Shown here one piece after another: positions 49,186-62,824 of a stretch of DNA of 64,000 nt. Made by a program: the position numbers and the translations under genes. The notes beneath the pieces were generated by a model. The model did not search any database and had not been told where the DNA came from. It saw only the letters and a program-made list of their open reading frames with translations. This stretch comes from Mobula hypostoma (lineage: Eukaryota), in contig NC_086108.1 of NCBI RefSeq assembly GCF_963921235.1, positions 26,972,001-27,036,000 on the forward strand, given 5' to 3'. Position 1 is the stretch's first letter. Every line of letters starts with the position of its first letter.

Positions 49186-50974
49186 CAAACTGCTCCTTTG
49201 GCCGAGGTCTACTCGCTCAGCACTCCCTGCTGGGGTTTCAAAGCCTTGCTTGTTTCCCTTCCACTAAGATCGCTACAATAGATGGGGCTTATCGCTAACA
49301 GCAGCTGCAGTCTCCCAAGTGACAAGCCTGCCTAGATGCTGTTGCACTTGTCCATGGATTGCCAGGTCGAGTACTTTACAGTTATTCAAACCATCAGAAT
49401 CAATGAGGAGTGCATGGCAATTATCCTGATTACCAGTGAATGCCTAAGGTCCGCTGGTTAGGTTGCTGACCTGGACTTAAGACTGCAGCAAAGTCTAATT
49501 CAATTTCATTAATGTGAGGCAAGGAGTACCACTGAATAATTGAATGCCATACTTGGAATTTTTGCTATTTGCTTTTAATTTTGCCATATTTTATAAAGTC
49601 TTATAATCAGCCACATTACTTTCATATGTGTTTATTGTAACAAAACTGTGGCTAATCAATTAGAAGAGAATTACTAGCTGAACAGGAAATAGTTATTACA
49701 CATACAGGAAACCATTGCACTCAAGTGCAACACAGTGCTGTGCCAGTTTGAGCTCCTGCCTCACTGCTACATATACCTCTAGCCTTTGGTTCTGTTTGCA
49801 CATTCTCCCCATGAGTCTCTAGGTTTTCCACTCTGTGCTTTGGTTTCCTCCTACATCCCAAAGATGTACTGAATAGCAGGATAATTAGCCACGGTAACTT
49901 GCATGTGAGAAAGAATGGGTTACAGGGAGTGGGACTGCCTTGAGTGACATCATACACAGGATGGACCCTACAGTGTCCTACCACTTTGCAAGAAAAACTG
50001 AAATATACTGTAAATTCCTCTGACCGGGAAGGATCCAGGACAGCGTGACTTCAGACTAGTGGATAAGGCAGGAATAAAAATAAAGTGAGATATGCTGTTG
50101 GTTAAAGTAGAATTCAGCTACAACCTTCCTGTGTCCTTCTATTGAATAATGCAGCACACACATTCCAAAGTTTTGATTGGAATAATGTAGCAAAAATCAT
50201 GCTACAGGCAGGAGCTTCACCCACTGGGAATGTATACTGCAAAATCAAACGCACTTCCCCAAGGTTTTCAGATCATTCACTTTTGCCAATAGAAAACCAT
50301 GGGAAACAAGTCAGTGAATTCGTAATGTACGTTTTACTTTGATAGCAGACAATGCTTCAAACTTGGAGCAATTTTTCATATTTACTTCAGTTTTTATTCC
50401 ATACCTACTGATGAACTGGGTAGAATTATTTCAGTTTCTGGATTTTATTCAGATGTGATCCTTGTATCCTTTCCCACTTTACTCCTGGACTATTAAGGCA
50501 TAATAAATGCCATCCTTGGAGCAATAGAATGCATAACAGCCAATGATATAATCAGAACACGTTTATCAGCCAAAAAATTTGCATTGGATTACCAGCAAAT
50601 TAACCAGTATTAAATACACTCAACACACAATTAACAACTTCAACGAATGTATTTTTAAACTGGTTTCCATGCAGTAATTAAACTTAACACCATCAAGGAA
50701 TAATAGATGCCTGCAGATCAGATAGTGACAAATCTTTAGAACTTCCAACAACTGTTCACTACTCACTGCGAACCAACCTGTTATTCCTGATTTGTAATTT
50801 TTCAGATGTCAATTGATGTTTGCATTGATGGAATTGATAAAAGCATCTCTTTCTGCTGAGGAATCTGAAGGAAAATCACTCATATCTTCTTATCCCCAGA
50901 CAAAGAGATCGTGACTGCAGGCTGATTAGTCCGCAGGTCTTCTTCACGCACTATATTGATATCTCTTACTAGGA

Positions 50975-51235
50975 TGTTGTTCGGATTGGAAAGTTTAGCT
51001 ATGAGTAAAGATTGGTTATGCTGTGAGTGTTTTCTTTGACACAAAAGAGGTTGCAGGGAGATTTAATTAAACTGTATAAAATAGGACTATGAAAAACATG
51101 AGGGCATAGGTTTAGGCTGAGAGGAAGGGTTTTTAAAGTGAGACAGTTCTTCACAGGGAGTGAATTATATGTGGAACTCACTGCCAGGGGATGTGGTGGA
51201 ATCGGATTCAACGACTATGTTTCAGGGGCATTTAG
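50975..51235 (+). mobile_element. CR1 3' fragment
   Basis: gaggttgcagggagatttaattaaactgtataaaata (RLQGDLIKLYKI); acatgagggcataggttt. Confidence 0.65.
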
Positions 51236-51536
51236 GTCAGCGAAATAAGAAAAGCATAGAAGGAGTGAAAAAAGATACACTGCTGGCAGAACTCAATGAA
51301 TCAGACAGAATCTGTGGAGGAAAATAGACAGTCAACATTTCAGATTGGGACACTCCGTTTGGCAAGGCAGAAGGATATTGGCAAATGAGAGCAAATGGTA
51401 ACAGTGAAATTGGGCAAAATGGTTGGCGCGGACAGACGCAGTCTCATGATGCGGCTTCCTCTACATTTGTGAGACCAACTGTAAATTGGAGAATTGCTTC
51501 GTCCAGCATCTCCATTCCATCTGGCAAAAGCGGAAT

Positions 51537-54500
51537 TGTAGATTTTCACAAATAAAAATGACAGAAGCATTTTATATTTAAGAGAAACCATAACAACTCA
51601 TTTATTGTACTCCAAATACTGAACACAAAGTTCAGTAAAAGAACTTTATGTAATTATGTCATCACGTCAAACCAACCTCTTAAATTGAACCCCAACTCAA
51701 TGTCGGTAGCTGTGAATCATGTTCGTTTTCACCAATTATATTAGCCTACACAGGACCCCCCAGAATTCACTAAAACTGGTATTGTGAGGCTGCTTGAAGC
51801 TCAGACAAGCTGCATGGCTCGTGCCCCACATTCCAAGGATGGAGGAATAGCAGGGGCCTTTGGCTTGTCCAGAGGTGTGTTGACACACTCATGGTCGTAT
51901 TGTGATGGCAGGGGCATGGTAGCGGAATCCTCTAAATCTTGGTGGGACGATTTAAGGCAACTCACCAAAATACATTCAGGTTTACCTACGATAAAAGTCT
52001 TCTCTCTCTATTCCATAACACAGAATGGGCTAACGTAAGAGGGCCTAAGGAATGTTGGTGTGCATCATGGTGGACAAAAACAAATGAGGCAGAATGCAGG
52101 TCAACAGGAATCAAAGAGTGCTGTAAACTATGATGGGAGATAGGAAGAGGTCCAAAGGAATTGAATTTACTGAGGAGGGTGGAACACTGTCAAGACACCA
52201 ACCAGATGGTTGTGGCATCAGGAATAAAATCACCTGGCGTAATGGCTGCCTGTATAAAAATTCAGCTGCAGACAACTGCAGGTCATCTTTTGGAGCTCTT
52301 CGGAGCACCAGCAGGACACCCGAGAGATGATCATGCCAACACTCATCTGTCAGGGAAGCCCTCAGAGCAGCCTTTAAGGAACAATGAAACCACTCGCATT
52401 AGCCATTGGTCTGCAGGTGATATACTATGGTCTGATGTAGCCTAATGCAGAGGTTCTGGGCATTTGTACCCCAGAGGTCTGATATGAATTGGGGACCATG
52501 GTCAGAGGAACTATCAGATAGGGTAACAAACCAAGCAAGCCAGGTGTTGATGAATGCCCGAGCCACACCTTTGGCTGCTGTTGATGCTGGGGGGGTGGGG
52601 GTGGCGATGTCTGGCCAACTGGTGGCATGATCCACCATCGTAAAGATGTACATGAAACCGCAGGAGGGGGAAGAGGACCAACAAGGCCCACATTGACTGG
52701 GTAAAACTGTTGCTCAGGGACCTCAAAATGTGCCAATGTTGCCTGAACATGACGGTTAATTTTTGTCCGCTGGCACTCCACACTGGCTGCACTCCAATCA
52801 CACATGTCCGTTCTAAGGCTGTGCTACACAAACTTTAGTGCAACCATTTTCTGTGAGGCCTCCTGGTCTGGATGCTAGAGGCCATGTATGGAGTCAAGAA
52901 CAGTCCACCTCCAGTTTGTGGGCACTATGGGGCAACAATGACCATTTGAGACATCGCACAGGGGAGAAATCCTTGCTTCCCCAAACTTAATGTCAGCCAA
53001 GCGTAGGCATGTGACAGCTTTTCGGTAAGCCTGGACCTCTGAGTCAGTGGCTTGGTCGACTGCCATGCTGGCATAGGCATATGTATATGGCCTCAATAAC
53101 TGGCCAAGAGAGGCAATCAGCCTTGTTGTATATCAGTTGTGAACTCTGATATGTAGGCCAGCTGGCATTGCTGCTGTGCAGACCAAGGTTCTGATATTTT
53201 AGCCATCATGTTCACAAGGGGTTTGCACAATGAAAGTTGTGAAAAGGTGACCCTCTAGAAGAAAATGAAAATGACTGACAGCCAGATTGAGACCGAGACG
53301 GTCAAACGTGCTGTACTTCCTTTCAAGGGGACAGAGCTGGTGGCTGTAGAAGGCAAGCAGCTGCCACACACCTCCGACCAACTATTCATGCACAGGACTG
53401 ACTGCATAGTCTGAAGCATCAGTAGTAATGGCTATAGGTGCGTTGGGGAGCTTATGCACCAGTACGAAGGGTCTTGGCCTGAAACGTCGACTGTACCTCT
53501 TCCTATAGATGCTGCCTGGCCTGCTGCGTTCACCAGCAACTTTGATGTGTGTTGATTGGAAAGAGCTTGTTTGTATTCATCAAATATCCTGCTCGTATCC
53601 ACTGACCAGTCAACCGCATGATTAGGAGTTTGTCCTTTAATCGCACTATAGAGGGGAAGCATGAATTCAGCAGCTCGTGGAATGAAGCGATGATAGAAAT
53701 TCACCTTGCCTAAAAATTCCTGTAGCCTTTTTTAGCAGTGCGGGGTGGTGGGAAATCCATAACAACAGCTGCTTTTGATGGGAGGGGTTTTGCACCTTCT
53801 GCAGAGATACATTGGCTGAGAAAGTAAATGGTTGACAACCTGGTGTGGCATTTAGCAGGGTTAATAATCAATCCATGTTGGCTTAAGCGTTCAAAAAGTG
53901 TGCAGAGCTGAGGTACCTGTTCGGATTTGGATGCACTGATATCAAGCATGTCATCCAGGTAAACAAAAGGAAAAACTATTCCGTCAGCTGTTGAAAAGTC
54001 AGTGCTGCATTTTTCAGCTCAAATTGCATACGCAGAAACTCAAAGAGGCCACGTGGGATTACCACAGCCATTTTGGTAATGTCTTCCAAGCACATGGGTG
54101 CCTGATGGTAGTCCCTAACTAGATCAACTTTGAAAAAATTAACTTGCTGTCTAAACATACAGAAAAGACTTGGATGTGTGGGACTGGGTATTGGACTCAT
54201 TAATGCAACAGTAATAGCCACATGGGTGGCAACCATTATTGGACTTAGGGACTGTATGGAGAGGTGAAGCCCAAGGGCTAGTCCACTGGCATACAATGCC
54301 ATGCTTTTCCATGTTGGCAAACTCAGCCTTTGCAGTTACCAGGTGTTCTGGGTCCAGTCTACGTGCACAGGCATGGACTGGCGGACCAGTTGTAAAAATG
54401 TGATACTTAGCTCCATGTTTTATGACTGAGTGGAGAATGCAGGCTTGCTGAGGTTTGGGATTTCACCCAGCAGTCCAATATACTTATATGTGATGGAGTA

Positions 54501-55735
54501 TGCACTTGACAGAGTCATTGTGGGGAACTTACTGAGGGCGCAGGGTAACGACCTAAAGACCTTGACATCCACAAACCGACAGTTCTTAAGATCGACTAAT
54601 AGTCCTTGGATACACAGGAAATCTGCACTGAGCAGAGGCCTAGCCGAGAACGAAGTGTCATGTGTAACGTTGAGAACTGAAGCAGAGCATCACCTGTCGT
54701 ATCCTATAAGTCTAGATCCTGCTGCCATTGGTGGCCTCCAACGAGGTTTCATCACTCTTTGCCTCCTCATCAATCAGTGATGTCGGCAGCACACTCACTT
54801 GAGCACCCGTGTCACACAGGAAGCATTGCCCTGAAAGGCTGTCCATAATGAAACTGGCGTTCGTGGACGTCTGATCTCCCGCTGTGCTGGCACTGTCAAC
54901 ACTTCCTAGTGTTTCCCCCAAAAGCGTGTGGTAAAAGCGCAGGCCGGGCATCACAGTCCGTATGTTGGGTGGGGGGGCTTGCTGACTTGACCTATTTAGG
55001 TAGAGAAAGGAGGAAGAATTATGCATTGCTGACTGGCCAACTGTAGTCTATCAGGCATTTTAGCCAGCTCCCCATAGTCTTTGGCAACGGCTGTGCAAAC
55101 TTAATTTGCTGCATGAAGAGTTCTTTAAAAATAGAACAAGGATGGTGATTTCCCAGGAGAGACAGCATGTGGTCCATCTGCTCCAAAGGCTTACCATCAC
55201 CAAGGCCAGGCAAGGAGAACATCTATTTGGCATGCCGAATTGTCCAAAAATCTGTCAAAGGTGAGTTTTCAGAGATCGGTATTTATCATGTTCGAGCAGG
55301 TGGTCTAGCAGACTCACTACTCTTGCAGCCATGGAATTGCTGAGCAATGCTACCACATAAAAAAAATAGGTGTCATCAGCGGAGATTTAATGAAGTGCAA
55401 ATTGGGCTTCAGCTTGTACAAACTGAACGACGGCATTTTGCTTCCAAAACTCCTTCAATTTCAAAGCGACTGCATTGACCAACATGTTCAATAGTTCTAG
55501 AATTGTCCTAGAGCATTGAGATCAACAATGTAGGTTTTTGCAAATAAAACCAGCAGAGGCATTTTATGTTTAAGGAAAACTGTAATAATTCATTTATTGT
55601 ACTTTAATAACTGAGTACAAAATGCAGTAAAAGTAGTTTACATAATTACATCATCATGTCAGACCAGACTGTTAAAGTGAACCTCAACACAATGTCAAAG
55701 GTTATCGACGTTTCCACCAATTGCAATACCCTACA
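51537..55735 (-). mobile_element. Decayed Ty3/Gypsy element with both LTRs
   Basis: LTRs 51537-51750 and 55529-55735 (TGTAG...CTACA); TSD GAAT/GAAC; polypurine tract at about 51755-51762; FLCDTGAQVSVLP protease, KVDLVRDYHQ..GLFEFLRM RT, FVYLDDML, LAFYSHQL..ERKYSTFDR RNase H, integrase VGLVGPLP. Confidence 0.9.
53464..53553 (+). mobile_element. Short PLE 3'-repeat fragment inside Gypsy pol
   Basis: acgaagggtcttggcctgaaacgtcgactg...gatgtgtgttg; begins within the hammerhead core. Confidence 0.85.
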
Positions 55736-55863
55736 GAACTTCCTGGTGGCCAAAAATTTAACTCTGATTCCCATTCCTGCTTTGTCATATCAGTCCATGG
55801 CCTCCGCTTGTGTCACAATGAGGCGACCCTCAGAGGAAGGAGCCAACACTTTATATTCAACCT

Positions 55864-56153
55864 TTTAAAGTTAAAGTCTGTCCCGAGCCTTATAGGCTCA
55901 TCAGGCCGGTGTTTATGCCGGTTTCCATGGTGTGAAGCAACTGAAAGTACTAGACTGCCCCCCGGATAGTACGCAAGTCTATCGCGAGGTTAACCCCCAG
56001 CATTTTGCCAGTACCCATTTTCAGCTGGGTGGACTGGAGCATTGTGTGGTTAAGTGACTTGCTCAAGGACACAACACGCTACCTCGGCTGGGGCTCGAAC
56101 TCTCAACCTTCAGATCGCCAGTCCAACACCTTAACAACTTGGCCACGTGCCAC
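55864..56153 (-). mobile_element. tRNA-derived SINE with CORE-like segment
   Basis: Minus head gtggcacgtggccaagttgttaagg...gagttcgagccc; 11-bp TSD ataKtcaacct (55853-55863, 56154-56164); (acttta)n tail. Confidence 0.85.
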
Positions 56154-56786
56154 ATAGTCAACCTAGTTAGCCTCCAACCTGATGGCATGAATACAATTTC
56201 TCTTTCTAGTAATGGAAAAAGTTCCTCCCCTTCCCCTCTTCTTCTATTGCCCACTCTAGCTTCTCACCTCTTTTCAACTGCCTCGGTCCCCTCCTTCTTC
56301 ATGTTCTCCTGTAGTCCACTCTCCTCTCCTATCAAATTCTTTCCTCTCCAGCTCTTTACCTTTTCTACCAACCCGGCTTCACCTATCCTCCTTCCCCTCC
56401 CTCACCTTTTCATTCTGGTGTCTTCCCCTTTCCAGTCCTGAAGGAGGAGCTTGGCCAGAAACATCGACTGTTTATTCATTTCCATAGATGTTGCCTGACC
56501 TGCTTAGTTCCTCCAGCTCTATATTTCCAGCATCTGCAGAATTTCTCATGTTTAAGATACTGTCTATGTTAATTTACTTTTTCAATTATGTCTTCATAAT
56601 TTCACAGATTTCAGGCAAATTGGTAAAAATGTAACTTTTGGAGCTCCTAATTGTGAATCATTTACTAATCAATTGAAATCAGAGGGGTAAATTAATAATA
56701 CCTAGGTTTATAAAACTCAAGCCCTCGAACCATAGTAACCCTGTCAGTGCCTGGAGCTCAGATTAAGGATTTTGGTGAAGGAGGTC

Positions 56787-56822
56787 TGATGGTGCTGATG
56801 ACGATGACGATGATGATGATGG
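56787..56822. repeat. (GAT/GAC)n trinucleotide repeat
   Basis: tgatggtgctgatgacgatgacgatgatgatgatgg. Confidence 0.7.
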
Positions 56823-57120
56823 TAGGGTAGTGGTTAGCACAATACATTACGGTGCTAATGATGCAGGTTCAATTCCCACCAGTGCCTGTAAGGAATTTGT
56901 ACCTTCTCCCTGTGAACACACGGGGTTCCTCTGGGTGCTCTGTTTTCTTCCCACAGTCCAAAGTTAGACCTTTTAGTAGGTTAATTGGCCATTATAATTT
57001 GTGTCGTGATTAGTCTGGGATTAAACTAGGGATTGCTGGGTGGCGCGGCTCCAAGGGCTGGAAGGGCCTATTCCATGCTGTATCCAACTAACAAACTAAC
57101 TAACCAAATAAATAAATAAA
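56823..57120 (+). mobile_element. V-SINE-like element
   Basis: gtagtggttagc A-box; ggttcaattccc B-box; (aaat)n tail. Confidence 0.75.
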
Positions 57121-57639
57121 AGGGCGGGTGGATGGATAGATACATAATGATGATGAGCAGGAGGTGGAGCTTGATACTGACATAGGTTGATAGAGAAGTC
57201 GCACAGGTAAAAAACGATACTGATGAGAAGGTGATTGATGAGAAGCCGGTGGGTAGTTTAGTTACAGAGATACAGCGTGCCAGGAGGGTCTTTTGCTCAC
57301 CAAATCCACGCCGACCAGCAATCACACTTTTACACTAATCCTATATTAGTCCTAATTTTTTATTGTTCCCACTTTCTCATCCAATCCCCCTACGTCATAC
57401 CACAGAAAGAGAGATTTGCAGTGTCCATTTAATCTGCCAATCTGCATGTCTGAGACGTGGACAGAAATTTGGAGCACCTAGAGGCAGAGAGCACCAGACA
57501 TCAGGATTGAACCCAGGTTTCTGGTACTGTGAGGCAGCAGCTCTACTAGCTGTGTCACTGAACCTTTCTGCTAAATTTCTACTTTAGGTTAGATTAGATA
57601 CTTAAAAAGTTGAAGCACAGCAGTACTGCACAGCTAAGT

Positions 57640-58370
57640 GCAATGTGAGAGCAATGTCCATCCTGTGGCACGTGGAAAGCTGAGAGTGTTTCAGTGACTT
57701 GGACAGTCAGTTACGCAGGAATTGTCTCCAGCTGCAAACGTTTGAACTCTGGGATTTGGAGGTGAAGTGGAGGTTAGAGTAAATGGTCCACCTGTGAGAC
57801 TAAAGTTTAGGGATCTCGCCATACTGCCACTAAAGAGTGCCGATAGAAAGTATGAGATCAGTATGCAGTCTAAGAGGAGTTGTCAAAAGGTCAATTGAGC
57901 AAATTTTCTTATAATGGGTACCGATGAGTGCGTGTTGGCTCACCAGGGAACTACAAGCAGAGATAAGATTGTTGCACCAATATCACTCAGATGCACAAGA
58001 CAGTAGGGAGTTAAAAACAATAACAATAGGGGATTCCGGAGATAGCTACATCAATGACTGTATCGTGGATGAGTTTCCTGGTTACTTTGTTGCCTCCGTA
58101 GAGCCAGGTCTGCGATGTTACTGGAGGAAGATCTTGTGGAACTGAAGATTGAAGCAACAGTAGTTGTGGTTCACACCAGTACCATTGACTTGGCTAGAAG
58201 TTCAGGATGCATACTGCAGGCAGATTTTGGAGAAATAGGAAAAAAGATTGCATCACTCCCGAGGCTAATCATACACAAATAGAAGGCCAGAACAAGTGAC
58301 ATTGTTAAGATGGTACAGGAAGGAGGGCTTAGATTCTGAGGCCTTGAGATTGTTTCTTAGACTGGAGACA
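57640..58370 (+). pseudogene. Decayed CR1 ORF1 (SGNH/GDSL esterase-like)
   Basis: ITIGDS, CLRRAR (cf. CLPGAR) and VVVHTSTID (cf. VVVHVGTND) remnants in the expected order. Confidence 0.55.
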
Positions 58371-58704
58371 TTTGTAGTGAGATGAAAACTAAGTGCAGAA
58401 AATCTGAAATATAAAGCTGGTGAGTGATTTCTGGATTTTCTGTATTTTTATTTGGGGCTTCTACAAGTAAACAAGTTATACAGGAGGTGACTGCTCATGG
58501 CTTAGGATCAGTTTAAATTCACTTGCCAGGGTCGATGGTAACCTGTGTGAGAGAAAGAAATTTGGAAGTTAGAGACATAATAAATAGACAGGATAAACAA
58601 AATATACAGCAAATGGGGTTGGAGGATGGAAAATATTATGACATCATCTAAATTGAACCAAAAGGGATAACTTGACTCAACTTCAGTTGCCCCAACATTG
58701 AAAT

Positions 58705-59590
58705 ATTCCCACAACCAATAGACTCACTTTCAAGGACTCTTCATCTCATGTTCTTAATAACTGTGGATTATTTATTTTTATTATTATTTCTTTCTTTTTG
58801 CATTTGTATAGTTTGTTGTCTTTTGCACAATGCTGAATGCTCAAATTTATGTGGTCTTTCAATGATTCCATTATGGTTATTATTCTATTATGAATTTATC
58901 GAGAAGGAATCTCAAGAAGTGAATCTCAGGGTTGTATAGTGACATATATGTAGTTTGATAATAAATTTACTTTGAACTTTCAAATTCTGCATCTTCAACA
59001 TGAAGGATCAGAATCAGGTTTATTATCACTGTTATATGTTATGAAATTTGTTATTTTGTGCCAGTAGTACAGACCAAGATATAAAAAATTACCATAAATT
59101 ACAAAATAAATAAATAGTGTAAACGAGGTAATGTTCAGGGGTTCATGGAGCATTCAGAAATCTGATGGCCGAGGGGATCAAGCTGATCTTAATTGTTGAG
59201 GGTGAGTCTTCAGGCTCCTGTACATCTTCCCTGATGGCAGAAGAGGACATGCTCTGGATGTATGGCTTCTTAGAGATGGATGCTGGTTTCTTGAAGCACC
59301 ACCTTTTGAAGATGTCCTCGATCGAGGAGGAGCTTATGCCCATGATGGAACTAGCTGAATCTAGAGCTCACTGCAGCCTCTTTTGATCCATTGCCTTGAA
59401 GGCTCCATATCAGGCTGTGATGCAACAGTCAGAATGCTCTCCACTGGAAATCAATAGAAATTTGCAAGAGACTTTGCAAGAGACATACCAACTCTTCTCA
59501 AATTCCTAACAACGTGGAGCTCTTGGCCTGCTTTTGTTGTGATTGCATCAATATTTTTCAGGATAGATCTTCTGAGGTGTTGATGCTAAT
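58705..59590. mobile_element. Two Rex-type LINE 3' ends, tail to tail
   Basis: Plus UTR ends aataaatttactttgaacttt (58980); minus copy starts atcagaatcaggtttatt (about 59008); IEDIFKRWCFKKPASI. Confidence 0.65.
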
Positions 59591-59754
59591 AGTCATAACT
59601 GGTTATAATCCAACTGGAATTACAGAAATGTGGCTGATAATTATATATTCCAGAGTACTTACTGTTGAAGGACAGAATGGTGAAGGGAATAGGTGAAATA
59701 AGGCTCTCTGTTGGTCGACCATTGATGTTTCATACCAGATGCCGATTTTCAATC

Positions 59755-60205
59755 ATAAGACATAGGAGCAGATTTAGGCCATTTGATACATCAAGTTCCC
59801 TCTGCTGTTCAATCATGGCTGATCCTTTATTCCCCTCCTCAGCTCCACTTCCCACCCTTCGTCCCGTAACCTCTGATGCTGTGTCCAATCAAGAATCAAT
59901 CAAGCTCTGCCTTAAATATACCCAACAACTTGGCCTTCACAGCTGCCTGTGGTAATAAATTCTACAAATTCACCACCCTCTGACTAAAGAAATTTCTCTG
60001 CATCTTTGTTTTAAGTGGACACCCCTCTTGTCCTAGGCTCCCCCACCATTGGAATCATCCTTTCCACATCTATTCTGTCTAGGCCTTTCAATACTCAAAA
60101 GGTTTCACTGAGATCCCTCCTCATCCTTCTAAATTCCAGTGAATACAGACACAGAGCCATCAAACATTCCTTGTATGATAACCCTTTCATTCCCAGAATT
60201 ATTAA
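59755..60205 (-). mobile_element. CR1 3' end
   Basis: cataagacataggagcaga tail; caccaccctctgactaaagaaatt. Confidence 0.75.
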
Positions 60206-60457
60206 TCACTGACGTATGGTAGAGAGCATTCTGACTATTGCATCACAGTCTCATATGGAGCCTTCAATGCACATGATCAGAAGAGGCTACAGAGGCTGTA
60301 GATTCAGCTAGTACAGTAACCAAATGGTTGTAAGATTACCAGCCATGGTATAGAATTGCTCTGCATTTCTCAATTTCCTTATATATTTCAATCCATTAGT
60401 TCTCTGTTGGCAAACAGAGCAAGCTTATTCTAGCACTAATTTCCCCATGATTTTTTT

Positions 60458-61068
60458 TCAGAATCAGAATCAGGTTTATATCATTGACATATGTTGTGAA
60501 ACTTGTTGTCTTAGGGGTAGCAGTACAATGCAATACATAATAATGTAGAAAAAACCTGAGAATTAGAGTAATTCCCTCCCTCTCCCTCCCTCTCTAATTT
60601 ATGTATATATATTGTACATTAAGTACTTAAATTAACTAAGTAGTGCAAAACTAAAAATCAGAAAAAATAAGTGAGGTAGTGTTCATGGGTTCAATGTCCA
60701 TTCTGAAATTGGATGTTAGAGGGGAAGAAGCTGTTCCTGAATCATTGAGTGTGTGTCTTCAGGTCTTCAGGCTCCTGTACCTCCTCCCTGATGGCAGCAG
60801 TAAGAACAGAGCATGACCTGGGTGATGGCGGTCCTTAATGATGGATGCTGCCTTTTTGAGGTATCACTCCTTGAAGATGTCCTGGGTACTATGTATACTA
60901 GTATCCATGATGGTGCTGATGAAGTTTACAACTCTCTGCAGCTAATTTTAATTTTGTGCAGCAGCCCCACCTCGTATCAGATGGTGATGCAGCCAGTTAG
61001 AATGCATTTGTAGAAATTTGTTACTGTCTCTGATGACATACCAAATCTTCTCAAACTCCTAATGAAAT
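60458..61068 (-). mobile_element. Rex-type LINE 3' end
   Basis: (cagaat)n tail; same family as 59008-59590. Confidence 0.7.
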
Positions 61069-62142
61069 ATTCTACCTGCATTCCCAAATCTTTAGACTTC
61101 CCTGGACATGGATGATCAGTCGTTCCTTTCAAAATGGAGATTCAAGGAACTGAGGGATATGAGGAGAGGACAGAAATATATTGATTAAAAATCATCCATG
61201 ATCTTGCTGAATGGCCTACTTTTATTCCCTATTTTGAGTATTTCTACTGAATAAAGCACATTAAATTTCAACTTTAAATGACAGAAAGCAATTCCCATCA
61301 GGTACTGCCAAATAACCTGATAATTAGCAACAGTGCATTTCTTCACAGTTGTGTTGAAACATCCTCTGCCAGTATTAGATAAATATTTCTTCTCCTTTAA
61401 CTGATGACAGGAACAGCCTCAGTTTTCATTAAGCTGACAAAACTATCCAAATTCACACATTTGCATTGAACCCTTTGATTCTGTTATATTGCTTGTAGGT
61501 TTACATATGCCTTTACTATTCTCAGATTAAGTGAATGAATTTCATGTGGGACACCTCCAAGATTCAATAGACTTCAAAGCGTTCTGTTAGCGTGGCAAGT
61601 TTGATCTTTCATTACGGACAGATTTGCTAGTCAATCCTCAACAACTTCATGCAGATATAATTCACCCTATCATTAGCCTTTTGCTGTTTGCTACTCCAGA
61701 GGCAATTGTTTGCTTTTTCATCCGTATCAATCTTTATTAAATTTTCCCTTTTCAGTTCTAAAGATTCAATGTCACAGTTTTGATTTTCCGGTCATCTGTA
61801 ATGCAGCTGTCTTTCCAAATGGGTTTCATTATTTTGCTGTTCAGATTGATCACAAGTTTCTTCCTTGCTTCCTAGCTAAAATTCTATTTTAGAATGGGAA
61901 ATGTAACTTTGAGGAGAACGTGGATTTAGATGCACTGTCGCAGAGTTCTCCAGCAGAAAGAGGTAATCTGACCCACCAAGTCCACACCCACTGTCTAGCA
62001 TCCACTTACACTCATTTTGTTTTCCTCGCTTTCCTGGAGGTCAAGATGAACCTGGGTCAGCCGAGCTGTCTGGCAGCTCTTCTAGCGATGCCACAGCGGC
62101 CCAATTTCAGGGTGAGTAACTGAATGGGCAAAATTGTACAGA

Positions 62143-62686
62143 AGTTCAAAGATTCAAAGTACATATGTAATCAAAATATGTACACAGTATATAACCTTGA
62201 GTTTCATTTTCCCCACAGACAGCCACGAAACTAAGAAAACCATGGAACCAGTTCAAAGAAAAATATCAAACCACTTCTCCTCCACACGCAAAAAAATAAA
62301 ATGCGTGCAAATGGCATCAAAAAATATGAGCAAAACTCACAGAAAATAAAACACAAAATCAAAAGAGTCCATGCATATTCAGTTCAGCTCAGTGTTCATT
62401 ATTTGCAGGCTGCCCTGATTCAACAACAGAAGGAGTGACCAGAAACCAGAAACACATTATTAATGTGAACTACAGAGTCCCAATCCACAAACCATATTGA
62501 CTAAACCTTACCCAAGACCCAGGACTCCAGCGCAATCTTCTGACGGTATTGAGGGAGGGAAGGAGAGAGATAATGAGATCATGAGGCTGGTAGACGGTAC
62601 CGAACACCTACTCACCTCAATGGTTTCAATCTTCCTCAGTGCTTTAATTGGCGAGCTCAATGAGAAATGAAGTGTGATTTTTAGAC
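62143..62686 (-). mobile_element. LINE 3' UTR fragment
   Basis: aagttcaaagattcaaagtac tail; homolog of 29380-29755. Confidence 0.55.
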
Positions 62687-62788
62687 ATGCAAACAACAGG
62701 AATTCTGCAGATGCTGGAAATTCAAGCAACACACATCAAAGTTGCTGGTGAATGCAGCAGGCCAGGCAGCATCTCTAGGAAGAGGTAC

Positions 62789-62824
62789 AGTCGACGTTTC
62801 AGGCCGAGACCCTTCGTCAGGACT
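62789..62824 (-). ncRNA. Minimal type I hammerhead ribozyme, intact core
   Basis: Identical to 38667-38702. Confidence 0.85.

Larger units (their letters stand above)
51275..56550. mobile_element. Old PLE split by a Gypsy element and a SINE
   Basis: CGFLYICET..LENCFVQHL (51448-51536) resumes after 55739 and again after 56164 (SLQPDGMN); decayed hammerhead at 56434-56469. Confidence 0.75.

Noticed and set aside
55875..55930. Possible hammerhead in a SINE tail (minus GGAAACCGG...CCGGCCTGATGAGCCTATAAGGC)
   Set aside because: CTGATGA and GAAA are present but there is no NUH site or stem I in any valid topology
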